A stretch of DNA of 64,000 bases from Cycas panzhihuaensis (lineage: Eukaryota > Plantae > Cycadophyta): assembly GCA_023213395.1 (NCBI GenBank), contig CM041465.1, forward strand, positions 131,819,741 through 131,883,740, in the 5' to 3' direction. A program made the position numbers and the translations under genes. Shown piece by piece: positions 27,974 through 40,197 of the stretch. The notes beneath the pieces are model-generated. The model searched no databases and was not told the origin of the DNA. It saw only the letters and a list, made by a program, of their open reading frames with translations. Position 1 is the stretch's first letter; each line of letters starts with the position of its first letter.

Positions 27974-28151
27974 AGTTCTAATCTCAACATTGGGACTGTG
28001 CTGTTGATACTATTGCACCATAACTTGAGGTTGTGACTGGGGTTGCGACAGCTTCTTGTGGTTGTAGCTACATCATCATCCACTATTGTTGTTGGGGATC
28101 AACGACGGGCATGGCAATCGGTGGAGGAAAAGGAACGACACTGAGCTACAT
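27974..28151 (-). pseudogene. RBP45: Captured RBP45-type Gln/Pro-rich N-terminus, from the ATG to the start of RRM1
   Basis: M*LSVVPFPPPIAMPVVDPQQQ*WMMM*LQPQ, then after a frameshift SQPQSQPQVMVQ*YQQHSPNVEIRT. Stops fit CAG>TAG. It ends at EIRT, the start of the EIRTLWIGDL motif of RRM1. Confidence 0.7.
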
Positions 28152-28702
28152 CTTGAAAGGCTAGGGCCAACTGATTCTTAGCCCCAGAAAGCATCAACTC
28201 AACTGCTATTACTATTGTTAACATCTCAGTACAACAGCCTGCACCCTGTTCCAGTGAAATATGAGTCTATAAAAGTATATGGGAGGTATTCCAGAATTCT
28301 GGATTGAAGGCAGGCTTATCTGAGTGCTATTTGAAGACTGGTGTCTGAAGAGTGTTATTTGCTTATTTATTGTGAGTACTGATATTTTCTTGTTCACTGT
28401 CAGTTGAGCACAGTATCACTGAGTCCACAAATGGAAAGTGGTGACACCAAGGATAACCTTTGTTTCTGATGATCAACTCCTTTCTATGGGTTTGCTGAAA
28501 GTAAGGATCATATTCTAACTGATATGTCTGTTTTTATTCTGTGCATAGGAATTGTGAAAAAATAGTGCTGGGGTAAAATAGTATGGATTGCTCTTATGTA
28601 TCTATTTTTAAAATAGTTAGCAGCATTAGGATCACATAGTATTTATTGTTGATCTACTTCTGGTCTGGGCAAAGTAGTTACACTTAAGTCAGTCTTTTCC
28701 TC

Positions 28703-29070
28703 ATGGAGCTAAGTGACTTTATCACTTTTGTGCCTGAAAGAAATGAATATTGGCTATCAGATCTCCCCTTTCCTTTGCCAAAATATGTTGGAACTAATTT
28801 TTATTCTTGGAAAATTAAGATGGAGAGCCTATTTATATTGAAGAAACTTTGGAAAATAGTCATGGGTATTGAAATGGCTCACGAAGAAGGGGAGGATATT
28901 TTCAAAAGAAAAAATAAAATTGTTATTGATGTAATACTTGTAGCCCTTAATAAGGATAACCTTCCTTCTTCTTATTACTTCATTATCCAGGTTGCAAAAT
29001 ACCAACTCAATTGAGGACGCCTGGAAACTACTGACAGAAGTGCATGAAAAAGGACCTAAAGAAGTGTAGC
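28703..29070 (+). pseudogene. gag: copia gag N-terminal remnant (DUF4219-like) of element X
   Basis: LPKYVGTNFYSWKIKMESLFILKKLWKIVMG…KNK…I.VAL, then a frameshifted DAWKLL. Confidence 0.75.
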
Positions 29071-31501
29071 AAAGTATCAAAAGGGAAAAGAATCAAAGGA
29101 AGAAATTGAAAAGGAAAGGTAAAAGACAAACTGATTTTGGTAAGGCTAATCCACTTGAAGATTTAACAAATGAAAATTTGAAATCTAATGAAGACAATGA
29201 AGATGTGAATTTATCAAATAACATGAGCTTCACCAAGATTGTAAGAAAGCCCACATCTAAGAATGATAGTAGAATGGAACTTGAAGAACTTGAGCCTCAA
29301 TTTCTGTAGGTAATACCTAATGAAGGCACAGGTCACTTAACGAAAAGCATGGGTAATATCATCTTGGTTTGTACTGACAGATATGTAGCCAGGATTCAAA
29401 TGATGACAGGATACATATTAATGTGCACTTATTGGAGACTATGTATTATTGTACTCAATTCAACCACATCTTATGTGTTTATCTTTGAGAGAGTTCAAAT
29501 TAAGGCAACATACCCTACAAGGACATTAGAAAGAAGGAACATGAGAAGAATATCTTATAATCAAAATCTTGTGCATCAAGATTGCTACATGTTTTGGGTA
29601 GGATACTTGGTCTTGAAGCTCAACCATATTAAGGTAATATTTCACATTTGTGTAGCAGTAATAGGGAAATATGTGCATATGACCATAATAAAGACTCTCA
29701 TCACTTTTAGCACTACAAATTTCCTAAATAACATGAAAGGAATAAAGTATCATGTTCAAGGAAATTTTGGAAATGAATCATTATTGCTTGTTTCATTTCA
29801 AGGAGGTGACTAATGGATTGAGAAATCAATCAGCTCAGTAGGCTTAGAAATAGATAAAAAGAAGTCAATCTATTTCATACTTATTCCAAGATGACCACAC
29901 CTTCACCAAGAGTACACAGGAAAATCCATCAAAGAGGAATCAGGAGGCAATATAGCAAACAAAGCATACATGTTTTGTAGTATATTGGATGATGATGAAG
30001 GTCAAGACATCATCTTCGGGAAAATTCTAAAGCTCAGGAGATGGAAGTTTAAATAACTTTTTAGAGTCAAGTTCTATGTTAGTTTTGTCATGTTGTCTTT
30101 AGTTTCATGATAAGTCCTATGTTAATATGTGTCAGTCATGTCAAATTATCCTTAGTTCAAATATTAAACATTAAGGGGAGGTGTTAGAATATAATATTTA
30201 ATGTTGTGTGAATCTTAGGGTCAATAGTCTCAAGTATTAGAGGGTAAGAGTCATTTGTCATTATAACATTATTGGTGAAATTAGTAATGTCATTAGTTAG
30301 AATAAAGATAATAGCACACATGCATTAGATCTATAGTATGATCTCCTACCCACTTGGTATATAAAAGTGGTTGTGGTGGTATATGAAACATAAGTGATCA
30401 TGGAGACTCATATAGAGTCCATGGTATGGTTGATGTTCTGATATAATTTGTTAATGTAGAGCTGTAATTCTTATCCATCGATATTGTTTAGTGTTAGTTG
30501 ATGAATGCTTTCCATGTTATTTTAACAAGTACATATACTTCTTCTTCGTGTAAGAGGTTATTAGTTGACCAAGTGGCTCTTGGATTGTGATTAGATAGTT
30601 GGGTGGTGATATATACTAAAAATATATATATATATATATATATATATGTTAGTTTAATATAATATAATTAGAAGTGGTTATTTCTCACAAGTAGCTTATA
30701 TTATGTGTTTATACATATTATTTTTTTATTTATTTACCTATATATCTTATATTTCATAGTCTTGTATGATACTAGACTTGTTATTGGGTATTTATTTCTA
30801 GTAAGTGGTATCACAATTATCTTTGTTTGTACCTTATTTTCTATACCATAATGACATTCATGGTAGCCACTTTGGTGGATGATCCACTACTTAATGCATC
30901 CTCTACACAGGCTATTATTGACCCACTCTATTCAAAGATGCATACACTTATGTCCAAAAGTGTGAGAAGTGCCAAATGCACTCCTCACTTATTCACCAAT
31001 CAACCACTCCTTTAAGAGTTGTCCTTTCACCATTGTCATTCTCCTAGTAAGGCCTTAACCTCATTAGGAAAATACACCCTCCTTCATTTAGTGATCGTAA
31101 ATTCATTTTAATTACCATGAAATATTTTACTAGGTGGAATAAAGGTATCCCATTAAGTAAAACAACCAAGAAGGTGATCACCATATTCATCTTCTAGTAT
31201 ATTATTTGTAGATTTAGTGTCCCTAATATCATCATTACTAATAATGGGACTTTATTATGCAACACCTATGTTGATGAGCTATGCAACTAGTTTTACATAA
31301 TGCATAAGATGTCATCCCTCTATGACCCATAAACTAATGGTCAAATTGAAGTATTTAATAAAACTTTGGCCATGATCTTGGCTAAAGTAGTGGCTTCCTC
31401 TCATTGTGATTAACACACCTAACTCTTTCCAACTTTGTAGGCATATTACACCTCGATAAGGAATGCTACAAGAATGATACCTTTATCCTTAGTCCATGGC
31501 A

Positions 31502-33400
31502 TAAAAGAATGTCATAGTAAAATAAATGAATTAAACATTGATTGAGAAGACAAAATCAATGATGAAGGGACACAATATTATAGATAACATATATACAGAA
31601 GTAGTCAATACCACTTTGTATTTGACTAATAAGAGCTCTACAAATGCAATGAAAAATGTGACACTTAAAGAAGCTTGTTTAGATAGGAAAACAATTTATA
31701 TCATCTTTATAATTTTAGATGTACTACATATACACATACCTAAATGAGGCAAAAGTTTAGTAAAAAAAGTTCCAAGTGTATCCAAATTGAACATTCAAAA
31801 CAAAGTAAGCCTTATTATATGTATGAGTTAAAAAGATAAAAAGTACACACAACTCATGATGTCACCTTTGATGAAGATGATACAACTACTTTAGATTCTA
31901 TAAATGTTAACTATGTTGAGGAACTTCCTATATTCATATAAATAATAAAAGTGGAATGTTACTACACATGTCAAAATCTACATAGTGATGAAAAATCAAA
32001 CTTGGGACTTGGTGGAATTATCAATAGGAAAGTAGATAATTAGATGCAAATGGGTCTATAAGGCTAATTATAAGTCTTACAGCATGATTAAAAAGCACAA
32101 AGCTCAACTTATAGCTAAAGGCTTCACTCAAAAGGAAGTAATCAACTATCAAGAGACATTTGCTCTTATATTGAACATGAACACCATTATGATCATTTGG
32201 GCCTTGGCTACTTAGTTCAAATAGTAATTGTACTAAATGGGCATGAAAAATGTACTTCTAAATGGAGACTTGACTAAAGAAATCTATATGGAACAATCAC
32301 TTGGTTATGTGAAGAAAAGTAAGGAACACTTGGTTTATTAGGTGATAAAGGCTTTATATGGTCTAAAACAATCTCCTAGAGCATGGTATAAGAAAATTAA
32401 TTGGTATTTCTAAAAGACAAGATTTTAGACATCCTAAGTAAACTTAGACTTATATATAAAGATTTGGGACAATATTATATCCTTTACAATTTTGTGTATT
32501 AATAACTTATTAATCATAGGTAATAATATCACAATGATATTTAACCTAAAGGTACGTCTAAGTCATGCTTTTAAAAAAGTGAAATATACTTAGAAGCTTC
32601 TAAAAAAGTTCAAAATGGAGTAGTGTAAATCTATTTTAATTGAGCTTTAGCAAATGGAACTTTATGTAGGCAATTGGTTGGTATTCTAATATATCTAACT
32701 AAAACTAGGCCTAACATCTCTTTCTTAATTAGGATGATTTCAAGATTTATGGTAGGTTAAGCCATTGGGCAACTATAAAGCAAATCTTAAGATACTTATA
32801 GGGAATAGTGCAATATGGACTTGCATTTATACATTGTAATAAGTTCAAGCTAGAGGGATATATTTATTTGGATTAAGTTGGTTGTGCTAACAATAAGTAG
32901 TCCACATTTGGTTATTATTTTAGTTTAGGGTTTGTTCTAATGACGTGGAGTAATTAAAAGCTATAAAATATTACTCTCTCCTCTATTAAATTTGAATATA
33001 AAGCTTAAATTACAATAATTATAGAAGTTGTTTAGCTAAGATAGAATCCTACAGACATGGATCTTGATCAAAAGAATACCACAAAGTTGTACTATAGTAA
33101 TTAAAGCATGATAAAGATTATGAAGAATCCATTATTTTATATTTATGATAAACATATTAAGTGTAACATTACTTTATTAGAATGTTAATCTAAAATGAAA
33201 AGATCAAGCTAGTAGACAAGCTTATTGATGAATAATTTGTAAGCATCTTCACCAAATCTTTGGCATAAGATAAATTCCAAAACTTTAAGGATAGGATAGA
33301 TGTTGAAATCAATGATATAAATATTAAGGATGAGTGTTAGAATATCAGAATATTAATAATATTTATAAAACGCATGTCCAGTGAGTTAGTTATACTGTTA
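31502..33400 (+). mobile_element. Copia fragment A' (duplicate of A from 13457; integrase end, RT, RNase H, PPT, start of 3' LTR at 33335)
   Basis: 31502-32410 aligns to 13457-14392. Continues GLKQSPRAWY, TRPNISF, STFGY.FSLG, KHI, IFTKSL, then ATTAAGGATGAG-TGTTAGAATAT. Confidence 0.8.
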
Positions 33401-34858
33401 TTTATCATTTTATATTAAGACATATACATAGCATGAAGAGTTGAATGCAAGATTCGATTTTTATTAAAGGTGGCCTAATTCTACTTGATAATTATTATGT
33501 TCTTCTTATGCATATGATTCCAACATAGTTTTCTATTTATAAATTCTTCATGATGAATCATGTAATTGAGAGATGTCCAAATAATTCACAAGCATAGCAA
33601 TTAGTTACCCATGTATCCTAACTAATCGTCATGCAATTATATAGATATCATCCTAGTAGTGGAAGAGTGGCTAATGGAAATCATCAATCTAGTGCATATG
33701 ATGATATAGGTACAATAATTATAAGTGAAAGAAAAAAATAAGAAAAAGAGAGAGATTAATTAAGGGATTAGTAGAACTACCTAAGAATGTATTTATATGT
33801 TATATTATGATATTACAGAAAGAGATACCTGACACATTGATATAAAAGGCTATGGAAGCCACAAATGTATAAGTTATTAATAAAGAAATATTTCCTGGTA
33901 ATCTATAGAGGAATGGCATGATAATCATTCTAAAGGAAGGCATATTTAATGATTTGCACTTTTGTACCATCTAAGAATTCTTGAAAATAACTAGTGTGCA
34001 AATGGATTGAAGCAAGATTTAAGAGTATAAGAATAACTAAGGGGTAAAACCCTTCACTTATAAGGTTGATTACCTCTTTATTTACATTTGTTCATATAGA
34101 TGTATGTAGTATTTTTAGTGTACATAAAGACCATGGTTCCTAATAAGGTATTTATAATTTGGCAGTGCCATATAATTTACAGGAATGAAAAGATAGGATA
34201 ATACTATATGATAAGAATGTGGAATAAAACTGTAGAAGAAAAGGAAGAAAATAACGATAAAGATTAAATCAAAGCTCTAAATAAACATTTGTAAGATTAA
34301 AGAGATAATTTTATACATTTCTATATCAAATGAAAACTAAGCATGAAAATAATTAAATGTATCTATCATCATTGAATATACCTAATGCCCATAAGGCAAA
34401 CTAAATGAACTTAGATAGTATACAATAAAAATTATAAGGAATAATATGTATAAAAGATTAGTAGGTAGGCTAATTCATCGAGTTTACACATAATATTTCT
34501 CAAAAGAGAAGGTGTGACATAACCCACTATCATTATATATCCCATAAATGTGGTACCAAATATGACTATTATGCCTCTACACATAACCTAAGATTTTCTC
34601 TTGGATCTATCTCGTTATATTAAGATTCTTAGAATGAAAGGAAAACAAAAAGAAAAGAAGAATGGTGATTATTCAAGGTAGGCCAAGAAAACTAACCACC
34701 AATATCCTTTGAATCCCTTAATCCTTACTCTATTTCTCATTTTTTTATCAAAAATAGAAAAAAAAAAAAAAAAAGGAATTGAAGATGTTCCAAGTAGACT
34801 AAGCAAATCATTCTCAATTCCCCTCTAATCGCCTTTAATAATCTAATCCCCTTTTATT

Positions 34859-37800
34859 TGTTGAGAATACAAGGTCCTAACCCTTTAACCGCCACCAAGA
34901 TCTATTGCATTATTACAACTAGTTATAGAAATTAAAACTTAAAATTACATGCAAGTTCTAAAATCAGAGAGATTATACAATAACATGAAAATGAAAGCCA
35001 AACATCATATATCCACCTAATATAATGTAGTAAAACCCTAGCAGTGTGCTAGGAAAACATCCACATAGGAAAGGTATTGATCTTTATTACTGTAGAATGG
35101 AGAAATAGTACATCTCAGTAGTAGAGTGCTCTCAGGAACAATAACCAGCCACTGCCCTCATCATAGTATATTACATTACATATAACATAATAAGAAAAAG
35201 CCCTAAATTAGGCTATATGAGAGGGACATCCAAGGCATGAATCTCAACCATAGAATCTAGGGTATTTGTATCAAATGACCCTGATTCTCTTTACATTTTA
35301 ATATGGTTTACGAGGCTAATTTTTCAGATCAGGGGCTATTGCCCCTGAACCCCCTCTTAGCAGGGGGCATTCCACCTCCCCCTGGCACCCCCCAGCTAAG
35401 GGGGGGATCTCGTCCCCCTTGGAACCCCCCAACAAAGAGATTAGGTGGAGAAACCGCGCTAAAAACATGCCAAAATTTTAGCCCCAAAATATTGTTGTCA
35501 CAATATCTAATATTTTCCACCTTGACAACAATTACCTTGTACCTTTCCTAGACCCTTCATCATCTTTTCTGCAAGCCAAGAGAAGTCAAACATCATTTGA
35601 ACTTCTTTAATGGTACTGGTTTGGTGAATATATCAGCACAATTCTGATTGGTATAAATCTTCTCAAGTGCCACTCCACCTACTTCCACAACCTGTCTAAC
35701 AAAATGGTACTTAAGAGTAATATGCTTTATTCCACTGTGATAAGCTAGATTCTTGGCTAAGTAAATGGCACTTTAACTGTGACAAAATAACTTTACATTT
35801 TCCTATCTCCTTCTAAGATCAACCAATAGACCCTATAACCAGATTGCTTCTTTACAAGCATGTGCTATAGCAACATATTCAGCTTCCATGGTTGACAGTG
35901 CAATTATGCTCTGCAATTTGGACATCCAACTAACTGGACCATTTGCAAGAGTAAAAACATAACCTGAAGTAGACCTTATTTTGTCTAAATCTCCTACAAA
36001 GTATAAATCAACATATCCACAAACATGATTACCTGTACCTCCAAAGGTGATACAGTAGTCACTCGTGCCTCTCAAATATCGAAGCACCCATTTCACTGCA
36101 GCCCAATGTTCCTTTCTTGGATTTGCCATAAACCTGCTAACTACATTGATTGCATATGAAATATTAGGTCCTGTACATACCATGGCATGCATCAAACTTT
36201 ATATTACACTGGCATAAGGCACACGAGACATATAAGCATTTTCTTCTTCACTACTAGGACTGATATTTGAAGAAAACTTGAAGTGGGAAGCCAATGGGAT
36301 ACTCACTAGTTTCACACTTGCCATACCAAACCTAGTTAACACCTTCTCCACATATTTCTACTATGATAACCATAGCTTACCAGTTTTTCTATCTCTGTAT
36401 ATCTCCATGCCTAAGATTTATTTTGTAGCTCCTAGATCCTTCATATCAAAAGTCCTAGGCAATTGAGCCTTTAGCTTATTGATTTCTTCTATGCTCTTGC
36501 TTGTAACCAGCATGTCATCAACATATAATACTAAGATAATCAATAAGCCATTGTCTATAAATTTAAAGTAAACACAATGATCATATTCACTTCTTTTGAA
36601 ATTTTGGCTCTCTATGAAGGCATCAAACTTCTTGTACCACTACTTGGGTGATTGCTGCAGGCCATACAATGATTTCATGAGCTTGTAAACAAGTCTTTTC
36701 CTACCATCTTATACAAACCCTTTTAGTTAATCTATATAGATCTCCTCATCTAAATCTCCATGTAGAAATGTTATTTTTACATCTAATTGCTCCAACTCGA
36801 AATCTAGAGAAGCTACCAATGCTAATAGCACTCGAATTGAAACAAGTTTGACAACTAGTAAAAAGATCTCATGAAAGTCAATACCTGCTTTTTATGTAAA
36901 ACCTTTAGCCACTAGTCTTGCCCTGTATTTATCAACCTTTCCATCAACATCTATTTTCTTTTTGAAAACCCACCTGTAGCCAACAGTCTTCCTGCCATGT
37001 GGAAGTTCTACCAAGTCCCATGAATTATTTTTTTTCAAAGCATCTATCTCTCCTGCATAGCCCTTTTCCACTTCTCACCATGGATATCATCTACTACTTC
37101 CTAATAACATGTGGGCTCACCATCATTAGAAACCAAAGCAATAGAAATAGAAGGGTTGTACCTGTCAAGTGGATGACTAACTCATGTAGATCTTCTAACT
37201 GTTAGTAGAGGAGTGTCCACATACTCCTATGAATCTGCTACTGATTCATCTTCATAAAGATCCCCATGCTCTTCTAATTCCATAGATGGCTGCATTTCAA
37301 ACTTGACTTGTTGATGTTCAACTTACTGCTCCTGTTTCATTTCAACTTCTCTACTATCTGATTTTACAAGGGGAGAATCATCAAATATGACATCTCAGTT
37401 AATGGTGATTTTGTGGGCAGTAGGATCCCACAACCTCTATCCCTTCACACCATCCTTATCACCATAACCAACAAAGATATATCTCTTAGATTTTAAGTCT
37501 AACTTTGAACATTTACTTTTATCAGTCTAAGCATAAGCATCACAACCAAAAACTTTTAAATTTGAATAATCACATGGATGTCCAGTCCATACCTCTTCAG
37601 GAATCTTACAATCCATTGCAAGTGATGGTGATTGTTTACCAGATAACAAGTTGTTCGAACAGCTTCTACCCATAAGCCCTGCTCCACTCCTGCATTACTT
37701 AGCATATTTCTTGCTCTTTCCAAGAGTGTCCTATTAATCTGCTTAGCAATGCCATTTTGCTGCGGAGTATAGCTAGTGGTCTTGTGTCTTTCAATCCCAA

Positions 37801-40197
37801 CTTCTCTGCAATAGTTCTCAAATTCCAAAGAGTTGAACTCACCTCCATTGTCAGTTCTTAAACATTTGATTATCTTACAAGTGTTGTTCTCAACTAGAGC
37901 CTTGAACTGCTTAAACACACTAAACACTTTAGATTTCCTTTTAAAAAAATAGACCCATACCTTCCTAGAGTAATCATCTATAAATGTGACAAAATATAAT
38001 GATCCTCCATAAGATATTTTAGGGGCTAATCCCCATACATCTGAATGTATGTAATCCAGAATGCCTTTACTAGTATGACTCCCTACTTTAAATCTGAGTC
38101 TACACCATTTCCCAAAAACACAATGTTTACAAAAAGCCAAGTTTGAAAGCTGTAAGTTAGGAAGAAACTTATGGTTTATCATCACCTTAAGTCCTCTCTC
38201 ACTGATGTGCCTAAGTCTCTGATGCCATAACTGAACTGGATCTTCTGTAGTCTTTGATGTTGTAGCTGCTTGGCTGACATCTGTACTTCCCACTAAAATA
38301 TAAAGATTTCCTTTCTTTAAGGCTTTCATAACAACGAAGGCACCCTTTGACACCTTTAGGACTCCTTCATGATATGTATGCTTATAACCACCTGAATCTA
38401 GTTCACCCAAGGAAATCAGATTCCTTTTCAAATTAAGTACATGTCTAACCTCAGTTAATATTCTCACTATCCCATCGAACATCTTAATCCTGATGCTATT
38501 GATACCCACTGTCTTACAAGAAACTTCATTCCCCATAAGTACATCACCACCATCAAGAGGTTGGTATGATGAGAACCAACTCTCGTGTGGACATATGTGG
38601 TGTGAAGCACCTAAATCTAACAACCAGTCATGGTGATAATGAGAAATATTACAAGCAACCAAGACATCATCATCCATACCTTGATTTGACTCCACCTAAT
38701 TCACCTCCTTGGTAGGATCTTCCTTTTTCTAGAACTCCTTCCTTTTGTAGTAATCCTTCTTGAGGTGACTGGTCTTATTACAGTGCCAATATCTAAGCTT
38801 ACTCTTTTTTCTCTTTGACTTGGACCTTGATGTATCCCTAGAGTTTTGTCCTCTCTTAATCGTTCTACCCCTTACCGTCATAGTTTTTGGTGTGGAGGTT
38901 TCAAGACTAGACTTCCTCTGCACTTCTTCCATTAATAAAGTAATTACAATAGAATTATAATCCAATACATCTGTAGTGCTAAAACTAATTGAGGTGACAA
39001 TATTATCCCAGGATTCGGGTAATGAGCATAACAAGGTAATAGCCTTGTCCTCATCCTCAATTTTAACATTGATACTGGTCAACTAACAAATAAGAGTATT
39101 GAAAAATATTTAAATGGTTAGTAATATTTGTACCTTCCTTAATTCGTAACGAGTACAGTTGCCTCTTCAGGTAGATTTGATTTGTTACTGATTTGGTCAT
39201 ATACAGGCCTTCCAACTAGGTCCATAATCTTGTTGCTGTCTTCTCCCCTGCGATGTTAAACAAGACTTCATCTATCAAGCATAATCATATTGTGCTAAGT
39301 GCCTTTTTATCTAAGTCATCCCATTCATCATTGTCCATCCCTGTAGGTTTCTTCGATTTACTTGCAAGGGCTTTGTATAAACCCTGCTATACAAGAACAT
39401 CATGCGCTTATAGCTTCCACAACTCAAAGTTATTTTTGCCATTGAATTTCTTCACCTTGAACTTTACACCTACTAGTTTTGTCATTTGGTATAGAAAAGC
39501 TGATACCAAAACCTTCACAAACTTGCTACAAAAAAAAAAAAGTGGCTTTGATATCACTTGTTGAGAATACAAGCTCCCAACCCTTTAACTGCCACCAAGA
39601 TCTATTACATTCTTGCAACTAGTTACAGAAATCAAAACTTAAAATTACATGCCAGTTCTAAAATCAGAGATTATACAATAATATGAAAATGAAAGCCAAA
39701 CATCACATATGCACCCGATATAATATGGTAAAACCCTAGCAGTATGCTAGGGAAACATCCACATAGGAAAGGTCTCGATCTTTAGAATAGAGAAATAATA
39801 CATCTCAGTAGTAGAGTACTCTCAGGAACAACAACCAGCTACCGCCCTCATCACAGTACATTACATTACATACAACATAATAAGAAAAAGCCCTTAATCG
39901 GGCTACATGAGAGGGACATCCAAAGCATAAATCTCAACTATAGAATCTAGGGTATTTGTATTGAACGACCCTGATTCTCTTTACATTTTAATATGGTTTA
40001 CAAGGCTAATTTTTCAGGTCGGGGGCTATCGCCCCTGAACCCCTTCTTAGTTGGGGGCATTCCACGCCCCCCACATCCCCTAGCCAAGGGGGGCTCTCAC
40101 CCCCCTTAGAACCCCGCAAGAAAGATTAGGGGGGGAAATCGCGCTGAAAACATACCAAAATTTTAGCCCCAAAATATTATTATCACAATATCCAACA
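34859..40197 (-). mobile_element. Full-length Tnt1/Tork-like Ty1/copia retrotransposon B (inactive)
   Basis: LTRs at 34859-35512 and 39559-40197 (TG…CA; left copy ends TA). PBS remnant 39545-39556. PPT next to 35513. Probable TSD ttatt/ctatc. gag (LLCSLPESW, zinc knuckle), PR (WLLDLGASHH), INT (HSDVWG, LRTDNGGEF), RT, RH (STSGYVF, EAEY). Confidence 0.93.
35530..39485 (-). pseudogene. copia gag-pol polyprotein with stops and frameshifts
   Basis: ORF pieces 38729..39082, 37556..38695 and 35833..36195, with domains in GAG-PR-INT-RT-RH order. Confidence 0.9.

Larger units (their letters stand above)
25179..30527 (+). mobile_element. Structurally complete non-autonomous copia-type LTR element X carrying host-gene fragments
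   Basis: 5' LTR 25179-25530 and 3' LTR 30182-30527 (~94% identical by eye). PBS TGGTATCAGA at 25531-25540. PPT TTAAGGGGAGG at 30171-30181. Perfect TSD AGTAC at 25174-78 and 30528-32. gag remnant only, no RT or INT. Confidence 0.92.
22676..30845 (+). mobile_element. Non-autonomous ~2.8-kb LTR element Y, copy 1 (5' LTR 22676-23040; 3' LTR 25102-25178 plus 30533-30845, split by element X)
   Basis: Direct repeats of ~365 bp. PPT-like AAAAGGGAAA before 25102. Degenerate TSD ctaca (22671-75) / ccata (30846-50). The host integrase zinc finger reads across the site. No recognisable gag-pol inside. Confidence 0.8.
16200..31506 (+). mobile_element. Non-chromoviral gypsy element G, copy 1 (gag, PR, RT, RH, INT; INT split by element Y, truncated at the duplication junction)
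   Basis: gag ~18430-19000 (LPKFLGE..QDPIGH, GDALK), protease ~19900-20250 (FNLLLGQPWI), RT ~21000-21900 (MDG, VMLFGLKN.GATYQ, IYLDN), RH ~22000-22350, INT 30846-31506 (H.DI.GSHFGG, GL.LI.KIHPPS, YFTRW). 5' boundary is approximate. Confidence 0.8.

Noticed and set aside
28370-28550. GT-AG intron-like signals in the sense leader of element X
   Set aside because: The implied introns (~30-50 nt) are too short for confidence and there is no transcript evidence.
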